Origin: a bacterium
Lineage (GTDB): Bacteria; Oederibacteriota; PGYV01; Palsa-1178
Assembly: GCA_037138355.1 (NCBI GenBank)
Contig: JBAXIL010000041.1
Coordinates: forward strand, 1-14,153
Direction of reading: 5' to 3'
DNA length: 14,153 nt
The translations under genes and the position numbers were made by a program. Below are positions 7,905 to 14,153 of this stretch, piece after piece; within the stretch, counting starts at the first letter, position 1, and each line of letters begins with the position of its first letter. The notes below the pieces were generated by a model. The model made no database searches and was not told the DNA's origin. It was given only the letters and a program-made list of their open reading frames with translations.

Positions 7905-8392
7905 GAAAGTTCTCCTATGCGTTGCGTGTGTTCCTTAAAATCGCCTTTATTTAAAAGCTCTTTTATCGTTAAACCATTTACAGGGTGCTTAAAACCGCTT
8001 GCTATCTCCGATAAAGGCTCAAGTACAAACTTTCTTTTCTCAATTTCTGGGTGTGGAACCATAAGTTCCAAACTGTAAATTATTATATTACTATAAAACA
8101 ATATGTCAATATCTATAATACGGGGTCCCCAGTGTTCCTGTTTTGTCCTACCCATTTCAAATTCTGTCATATTTATTATGGTTAAAAGCGCTTCAGCCGG
8201 CATATTTAGCTCTGCCTCCACGCACATATTGTAAAAATCATGCTGTTCTTTCATACCTACAGGTTCTGTTTCAAAAACGCCTGACTTTTTAACTATTTTC
8301 AAGCCTTTATTTTCAAGTAAATTCAAAGCAACTTTAAGATTCGCCATTCTATCGCCCATATTTGAACCTAATGACAAATAAACAATTGCCAT
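7901..8392 (-). CDS. folK: 2-amino-4-hydroxy-6-hydroxymethyldihydropteridine diphosphokinase (HPPK)
   Basis: YLSLGSNMGDR, ETEPVG, WGPRIIDIDIL and PHPEIEKRKFVLEPL. Confidence 0.98.
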   Translation of the reverse strand: MAIVYLSLGSNMGDRMANLKVALNLLENKGLKIVKKSGVFETEPVGMKEQHDFYNMCVEAELNMPAEALLTIINMTEFEMGRTKQEHWGPRIIDIDILFYSNIIIYSLELMVPHPEIEKRKFVLEPLSEIASGFKHPVNGLTIKELLNKGDFKEHTQRIGELS

Positions 8393-8397
8393 AAAGT

Positions 8398-9552
8398 TTA
8401 TAACTTTACTTTTTTTAGGCGTTCCAATGCTTTTGGTATGATTTCCTCTTCAACCGTTAAAGCAATTCGGAAATACTTATCTCCCGATAGACCAAATCCT
8501 ATGCCAGGAGTTATTACAATATCGGCCTCATCAAGAACCTTAGTACAAAAATCCATTGACTTATAATTACCCGGAACCTTTACCCACAAGTATAAAGTTG
8601 CCAATGGCTCTAATACCTCATACCCCATAGCTCTTAAACCTTTTGTGAAGGCTTGTGCGCGTCTATTATAAAGTTCCCTTATCTGTTGTGCTTCTTCATC
8701 GCAGTTTAAAAGCGTCCAAGCCGCAGTTTCTTGTATGGCAGTAAAAGTTCCTGAGTCCATATTTTCTTTTACTATGCCTAATCCATTAATCAGTTTTTCC
8801 CCACCTACAGCAAAACCTACTCTCCAACCAGTCATGTTATAAGTTTTTGACATAGAATAAAACTCTATGACATGTTCTTTGGCTCCTGGTATTTCTAAAA
8901 TGGATGTCGGTTTAGCTTTAAAATATATTTCTGAGTACGGCGCATCTTGCGCAATAATAAAACCATATTTTTTTGCATAAGACAGCACTTTCACATAAAA
9001 ATCATGACCTGCTATAGCAGAAGTAGGGTTATTTGGATAATTAAGCCACATAATTTTTGTCTGTTTGTAAATACTTTCAGGTATTGCTTCTAAGTCAGGT
9101 AAAAAGCCATTCTCTTCTTTCAGTGGCATAATAACAGGTATTCCGCCGGCAAGTAAAGTCCCAGAAGTATAACCAGGATAACCAGGATCAGGAATCAAAA
9201 CTATGTCACCAGGATTTAAAAAAGCAAGCGGAAGGTGCGTAATGCCATCTTTGGCCCCGATTAAACACATGGTTTCTTTATCAGTTATCATTACATCAAA
9301 TCTTTTTTTCATCCACTTTACAACCGTTTCTCTAAATAAAGAACTTCCTCTGCCTATCGGATACTGATGATTTGAGCCTTTGCTCACAGCTTCTTTAAAA
9401 TTATCAACTATACGCTTTGGCGTTGGTCTGTCTGGATCGCCTATGCCGAGATTAAGTATATCTCTGCCCTGTGCAATCGCAGCTTTTTTCTTTTTATCAA
9501 GTTCCACAAACACATAAGGTGGAAGTGATTTCACTCTATTATTTAGTTCCAT
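8398..9552 (-). CDS. dapL: PLP-dependent class I/II aminotransferase, probably LL-diaminopimelate aminotransferase
   Basis: LPPYVF, NLGIGDPD, LNYPNNPT, DAPYSE and SMSKTYNMTGWRVG (PLP lysine). Substrate is inferred from the operon with dapA, dapB, dapF and lysA, which lacks dapD, dapE and ddh within the window. Confidence 0.85.
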   Translation of the reverse strand: MELNNRVKSLPPYVFVELDKKKKAAIAQGRDILNLGIGDPDRPTPKRIVDNFKEAVSKGSNHQYPIGRGSSLFRETVVKWMKKRFDVMITDKETMCLIGAKDGITHLPLAFLNPGDIVLIPDPGYPGYTSGTLLAGGIPVIMPLKEENGFLPDLEAIPESIYKQTKIMWLNYPNNPTSAIAGHDFYVKVLSYAKKYGFIIAQDAPYSEIYFKAKPTSILEIPGAKEHVIEFYSMSKTYNMTGWRVGFAVGGEKLINGLGIVKENMDSGTFTAIQETAAWTLLNCDEEAQQIRELYNRRAQAFTKGLRAMGYEVLEPLATLYLWVKVPGNYKSMDFCTKVLDEADIVITPGIGFGLSGDKYFRIALTVEEEIIPKALERLKKVKL

Positions 9553-9577
9553 AAAACCTCCATTAATTTATATTTAA

Positions 9578-10339
9578 CTATCTTACAAAATTAGTTAGTC
9601 TGCCTATTTCTCCTATTTCTACTTCAACTTTATCCCCCCTGCTCATAGGTCCGACTCCAGCAGGTGTGCCAGTGGATATGATATCCCCACGGTTTAAAGT
9701 CATTATCTTTGAAATAAAACTCACAAGCTTCTTTGTTTTAAAAATAAATTTTGAAGTATTTGAATCTTGTTTTAAAACGCCGTTTAAGTAAAGCTTTATA
9801 TCTTGTTTATCAGGATTGATATTCGTAACTATGTATGGTCCAAAAGGTGCAAAAGTATCAAATGATTTTGCTCTCGTCCACTGACCATCTATCTTTTGCA
9901 GTTCGCGGGCTGTCACATCATTTAGACATGTGTAACCGAGTATATTTATTTCCACTTCTTCTTCAGAAATATCCTTAACAGTATTCTTTATGACTATGGC
10001 AAGTTCCGCTTCATAATCCACACGATTCGCCATATCAGGATATATTATTTCGTCATTATGACCGATCACTGCACTTGGGGGTTTAAGAAAAATGACAGGT
10101 TCTCCAGGTTTATCCATATTCATTTCTTTAGCGTGGTCATTATAGTTTAATCCCACACAAATTATTTTAGAGGGATTAGTAGGTGGCAATATTTTTACTC
10201 GTGAGCTGTTAATGACATTTGGCATGACCTTATATTGTGTATATATATCACCTTCTATGTCCGTAATATTACCGTCAATATTTATTATGCCCCACTGTGG
10301 CAAACTATTTTCTATAGAATATCTTACGAATTTAATCAT
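9578..10339 (-). CDS. Fumarylacetoacetate hydrolase (FAH) superfamily protein
   Basis: KIICVGLNYNDHAKE, PVIFLKP, DYEAELA, NDVTARELQ, WTRAKSFDTF and STGTPAGVG. GGAG SD. Confidence 0.95.
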   Translation of the reverse strand: MIKFVRYSIENSLPQWGIINIDGNITDIEGDIYTQYKVMPNVINSSRVKILPPTNPSKIICVGLNYNDHAKEMNMDKPGEPVIFLKPPSAVIGHNDEIIYPDMANRVDYEAELAIVIKNTVKDISEEEVEINILGYTCLNDVTARELQKIDGQWTRAKSFDTFAPFGPYIVTNINPDKQDIKLYLNGVLKQDSNTSKFIFKTKKLVSFISKIMTLNRGDIISTGTPAGVGPMSRGDKVEVEIGEIGRLTNFVR

Positions 10340-10368
10340 ACGCTCTCCAGTTTTTAGTTGCCTTTGAT

Positions 10369-11148
10369 TTAAAGCTGCAACACATCGGCCATGCTATACA
10401 ACCCTGCTTGCTTTTTAGCCAAGAACTTAGCCGCTTTTAATGCTCCCATAGCAAATGTTTCCCTGGAAAATGCAGTATGCGATATTTCAAGCTTGTCGCC
10501 CATAGAACCGAAAATGGCAGTATGTTCTCCTACTATACCACCGGCACGCACAGCAAACACGCCAACCTGATTACGGTCACGAATATTTTCTCTGCCGTCA
10601 CGACCAAAAACCATATTTGCTTTTGGATCTAATCCTTTTTCTTTCAATATCACTTCAGCCGTAGTAATCGCTGTGCCTGAAGGGGCATCTTTTTTCATTC
10701 TGTGATGTGCTTCTATTATGTCTATATCATAGTCATCTTTTAATGCCCGTGTCGCTTCTTTGAGTAATTTCCACATTACATTAACGCCTATGCTGTAATT
10801 AGAAGACAAAACTATAGGTATTCTTTTTGAAGCAAGTTCTATCTCAAAAAGTTCATTGCTATCAAAGCCCGTAGTGCCTATAACAACTGGTTTTTTAGCA
10901 TCTACAAGTTCTTTTAAATGTTTTAAAGTAGCAGAAGGAGTTGTGAAATCTATGAAAACATCCACGCCTGCAAGTCCTGTTTTTAAATCGTCAGTTATTG
11001 TAAAACCACCTATGCGAGCGCCTACAGTGCTATTGCCCTTAGCTTCTAATAACAAACCTATATTATAAATCTCCGGATTCTGTGCAGCGACTGAAACCAA
11101 AGCATTTCCCATTCTTCCAGCGGCTCCTGATATACCAACTCGCACCAT
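10369..11148 (-). CDS. dapB: 4-hydroxy-tetrahydrodipicolinate reductase
   Basis: GAAGRMG, IDFT, VIGTTG, NYSIGVN, EAHHRMKKDAPSGTA and RAGGIVGEH. Start moved from 11172 to ATG 11148, which follows a GGAGGTG SD. Confidence 0.98.
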   Translation of the reverse strand: MVRVGISGAAGRMGNALVSVAAQNPEIYNIGLLLEAKGNSTVGARIGGFTITDDLKTGLAGVDVFIDFTTPSATLKHLKELVDAKKPVVIGTTGFDSNELFEIELASKRIPIVLSSNYSIGVNVMWKLLKEATRALKDDYDIDIIEAHHRMKKDAPSGTAITTAEVILKEKGLDPKANMVFGRDGRENIRDRNQVGVFAVRAGGIVGEHTAIFGSMGDKLEISHTAFSRETFAMGALKAAKFLAKKQAGLYSMADVLQL

Positions 11149-11200
11149 ATAAACACCTCCGATTTTGTCCATCTTGTTTTATTGCAATTAAAAAATATAA

Positions 11201-12079
11201 TTAAACTTTTAGTCCGTACTCTTTCATAGCTTTCTTTACTTTATCAAGAGTGTCTTTGTCTGGTTCGGTCATAGGAAGTCGTATTTCTGGAGTTATTAAT
11301 CCGAGCATAGCACAAGCAGCTTTGACCGGTATTGGATTTGTTTCTAAAAACATTGCCTTAATCAAAGGAAACATTCTATGATGCATTTGCTGTGCTATCT
11401 TTAGGTCGCCTTTGTTAAAAGCATTTATCATTTGCTTAACATCTTTTGGAATTATATTTGCCACTACGGATATGACTCCCTTTCCTCCGATTGCAAGCAA
11501 TGGAAGAGTCAAAGCATCATCTCCAGATAAGACCTCAAAATCAGGTCCACATTGTTCTATGACTTCACTCATTTGTGAAAGGTCGCCGCTGGCTTCTTTA
11601 ACGCCTTTTATGTTATGAACTTCCTTTGCAAGTCGAGCAAGCGTAGGTGTCGCCACATTGACCGCGGTTCTTCCGAGTATATTATAAACAATCACAGGTA
11701 TCTTAACTGCCTGTGCAACGGCCTTAAAATGCTCGTATAAGCCCTTCTGCGTGGGTTTATTGTAATATGGGTTCACTACTAAGGCAGCATCAGCGCCTGA
11801 TTTCTCTGCCGCTTTTGTGTACTTTATCGCTTCGGCTGTGGAGTTCGAACCAGTCCCAGCCATGACTTTCATTCTGCCTTTTACAAACTTTACAGTCATA
11901 TCTACTAACTGTTCGTTTTCTTCTGGAGTTAAGGTAGGTGATTCCCCAGTAGTTCCTGCCGGAACAATTCCATCAGTTCCAGCCAAAGCATGCATTTCTA
12001 TAAGTTGCTTATACGCCTCCACATCTATCTTGCCATTTTTGAAAGGAGTTACTATTGCCACATACAATCCCTGGAACAT
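11201..12079 (-). CDS. dapA: 4-hydroxy-tetrahydrodipicolinate synthase
   Basis: AIVTPF, GTTGESPTL, PYYNKPTQ, YNILGRT, GVKEAS (Schiff-base Lys), SGDD and ETNPIPVK. Start moved from 12136 to ATG 12079 (GGAGG SD), which removes the overlap with dapF. Confidence 0.98.
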   Translation of the reverse strand: MFQGLYVAIVTPFKNGKIDVEAYKQLIEMHALAGTDGIVPAGTTGESPTLTPEENEQLVDMTVKFVKGRMKVMAGTGSNSTAEAIKYTKAAEKSGADAALVVNPYYNKPTQKGLYEHFKAVAQAVKIPVIVYNILGRTAVNVATPTLARLAKEVHNIKGVKEASGDLSQMSEVIEQCGPDFEVLSGDDALTLPLLAIGGKGVISVVANIIPKDVKQMINAFNKGDLKIAQQMHHRMFPLIKAMFLETNPIPVKAACAMLGLITPEIRLPMTEPDKDTLDKVKKAMKEYGLKV

Positions 12080-12107
12080 ATATTCCTCCATTGGAAATGT
12101 TTTATAT

Positions 12108-12941
12108 TTAAAACTTAAATGCGTCAACTCCGACAATTCCAGATGCCACTATTCTCGCATTACCTTCCAGATGAACATCTGTTATGACTTTATTTTCTTC
12201 TTTGAAATAAATCTTTAATAATCCGCCCTTGGTATTAAAAGAGACCGGTGAAGTAGCTTTGCCGCCAAGATAAAGTGTTATACCAGCAGCAGTTGCACCA
12301 GTACCACACGCAAAGGTCTCATCTTCAACACCTCTTTCATAAGTTCTTATGTCATAAACATTTGCTGCTGTTTTTTCAATAAAGTTCACATTGGTTCCTT
12401 TTGGTGCGAAGCTGGTATGAAATCTTATTTCTTTACCTAAATGTTTTACTTTCACCGCAGCCAAATCTTTTACTTCTATGACAAAATGCGGAACTCCAGT
12501 ATTTATAAAAGCACCTTTGACTTCACTACCGCCTAAGCGTATCTTGACTTCTTTTTTATAGTCAAAAGGATTTATCATTTTTAATTTCACATCGCCATTT
12601 TTCTTTATTTCAGCAGTATGAAGTCCGTCTTTAGCTAAGAAGGTCATTTTTTCTTTTGCTCTACCAGTTTCGAAAGCAAAGCGAGCAATACATCTGCCAC
12701 CATTGCCACACATTTCCGCTTCTTTGCCGTCATTGTTATAAAACTTCATAAAAAAATCATGGCCTTTGCTGCTTTTTTCAAGCAAAATTAAACCATCAGC
12801 CCCTATGCTGAACTTCGGCGAACAGAGTGCTTCTATCTGTTTGGCTGATAACTTTATTTGTCCGTCAAAGTTATCCATTAAAATAAAATCATTACCATTG
12901 CCACTCATTTTTGTAAACTTTAAATCATTGTTTTTTGCCAT
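12108..12941 (-). CDS. dapF: Diaminopimelate epimerase
   Basis: FTKMSGNGNDF, IGADG, EMCGNGGRC, TGVPH and RTYERGVEDETFACGTG; both catalytic cysteines are present. Confidence 0.98.
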   Translation of the reverse strand: MAKNNDLKFTKMSGNGNDFILMDNFDGQIKLSAKQIEALCSPKFSIGADGLILLEKSSKGHDFFMKFYNNDGKEAEMCGNGGRCIARFAFETGRAKEKMTFLAKDGLHTAEIKKNGDVKLKMINPFDYKKEVKIRLGGSEVKGAFINTGVPHFVIEVKDLAAVKVKHLGKEIRFHTSFAPKGTNVNFIEKTAANVYDIRTYERGVEDETFACGTGATAAGITLYLGGKATSPVSFNTKGGLLKIYFKEENKVITDVHLEGNARIVASGIVGVDAFKF

Positions 12942-12977
12942 TTTCTTTTCTCCGCTTCTTGAATAATTACAAATTCT

Positions 12978-14153
12978 TTACTTTTCTTTTACTATCAAAT
13001 CCTCATAAGTTTCTCTTTCCCTTATAAGATAATGTTTGCTTCCATCAACCATAACTTCTGCAGCGCGTGGTCTTGAATTATAGTTTGAAGCCATTGACAT
13101 AGCATAAGCCCCAGTAGAACGCACACAGAGAAGATCTTTACTATCCATTTGCGGCATATGTCTGTCTTTACCCAAGAAATCTGCACTTTCACATATAGGT
13201 CCTACTATGTCATACAAATCAAGCTTTGTTTCTTTTTTTATGTTAACTGGTATTATCTTATGATATGAACTGTATAATGCTGGTCTGATTAAGTCATTCA
13301 TACCTGCATCTACTATAAAAAAGTTCTTTGCTCTTCCTTTTTTATTATAAGTAACACTTGTTATTAGCACCCCAGCATTTCCTATAATAAACCTGCCTGG
13401 CTCTAAAATTATTTTTAAATTAAATCCTGACAAATGCGGTTTTATGGCTTTAGCAAAAACATCTGCGGTAGTAGGTTTTTCCTCATTGTAAATAATTCCA
13501 AGTCCGCCGCCAATATTGATATACTCTATCCCCACGCCCTCACGAAGCAGTTCAGATATAAACTGTGCCATTTTACCCACTGCGTTTAAGTATGGTATGG
13601 GAGTAGTTATCTGAGAGCCGATATGCATATCAACTCCCTTGATATTTATACTCTTAAGTTTTGTTGCGCTCTTATAAATACCAAGAGCGAGATTAATATC
13701 TATACCAAACTTTGATTCTTTTCTTCCGGTATTGATATACGCATGAGTCAAAGCATCCACATCTGGATTTATCCTGATTGCTACATCTGCTTTTCTTTTC
13801 ATTGACTTAGCAACATTGTTAATAGCGTGAAGCTCTTCTATGCTTTCTACATTAAACATAAGTATATTAGATTTTATGGCATACTTAATCTCTTCTGTGG
13901 TCTTTCCTACCCCAGCATAAACAATTTTCTTTGGGTCCACGCCAGTTCTTAATACTCGGAAAAGTTCACCACCAGATACGACATCAAAACCAGAACCTTC
14001 TTTTGCCATTTCCTTAAGTATTTGACCATTGGAATTAGCTTTTGCTGAATAACAAATAAGCGTATCTATATCAGCAAAAGCACTTTTGATTTTTCTGTAA
14101 TGTTCTATAAAAGTTCTTTTGCTATAGACATACAAAGGAGTTCCGTACTTTTC
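12978..14153 (-). CDS. lysA: Diaminopimelate decarboxylase; true start lies beyond the right edge of the window
   Basis: Frame is open to the edge (EKYGTPLYVYS). Motifs are YSAKAN (PLP Lys), DVVSGGE, SKFG, HIGSQI, GGG, EPGR, VDAGMNDLIRPALY, GPICESAD and GAYAMSMASNYNSRPR. Confidence 0.98.
   Translation of the reverse strand, partial: EKYGTPLYVYSKRTFIEHYRKIKSAFADIDTLICYSAKANSNGQILKEMAKEGSGFDVVSGGELFRVLRTGVDPKKIVYAGVGKTTEEIKYAIKSNILMFNVESIEELHAINNVAKSMKRKADVAIRINPDVDALTHAYINTGRKESKFGIDINLALGIYKSATKLKSINIKGVDMHIGSQITTPIPYLNAVGKMAQFISELLREGVGIEYINIGGGLGIIYNEEKPTTADVFAKAIKPHLSGFNLKIILEPGRFIIGNAGVLITSVTYNKKGRAKNFFIVDAGMNDLIRPALYSSYHKIIPVNIKKETKLDLYDIVGPICESADFLGKDRHMPQMDSKDLLCVRSTGAYAMSMASNYNSRPRAAEVMVDGSKHYLIRERETYEDLIVKEK

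Noticed and set aside
11149..11172. N-terminal extension of dapB from ATG 11172
   Set aside because: The extension contains the SD itself (GGAGGTG); ATG 11148 fits the family N-terminus.
12080..12136. Extended dapA start overlapping dapF
   Set aside because: ATG 12079 has a GGAGG SD and gives a typical 292-aa DapA (MFQG...).
2620..12966. Remaining plus-strand ORFs (e.g. 4666-5214, 6061-6519, 11817-12218)
   Set aside because: They lie opposite well-conserved minus-strand genes and have the Ser/Ile/Phe/Pro-rich composition typical of reverse-frame shadows.
1..14153. CRISPR array, tRNA/rRNA, IS element, prophage or defence system
   Set aside because: Nearly the whole window is housekeeping CDS with short spacers. 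I saw no spaced repeats, terminal inverted repeats, recombinase genes or unexplained ORFs.

Overview
AT-rich bacterial chromosomal window in which every credible gene is on the minus strand. Reading right to left, it holds a tightly packed housekeeping operon centred on aspartate: lysA (5'-truncated), dapF, dapA, dapB, a FAH-family hydrolase, dapL, folK, a deoxynucleoside kinase, panB, panC, panD and nadX. Next comes an orphan membrane sensor histidine kinase (DctB-like dCache, PAS, HisKA/HATPase). Last is uvrA (3'-truncated and missing from the ORF track), which has its own near-consensus sigma70 promoter. I see no mobile elements, CRISPR arrays, RNA genes or clearly new multi-gene system. 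The best leads are a probable non-canonical AUU start for the kinase with a possible anti-SD switch, the kinase's hybrid architecture, a perfect palindrome at the uvrA transcription start (candidate non-standard SOS operator), and the FAH gene and nadX embedded in the dap/pan operon. All calls come from motif recognition by eye; no database searches were run.
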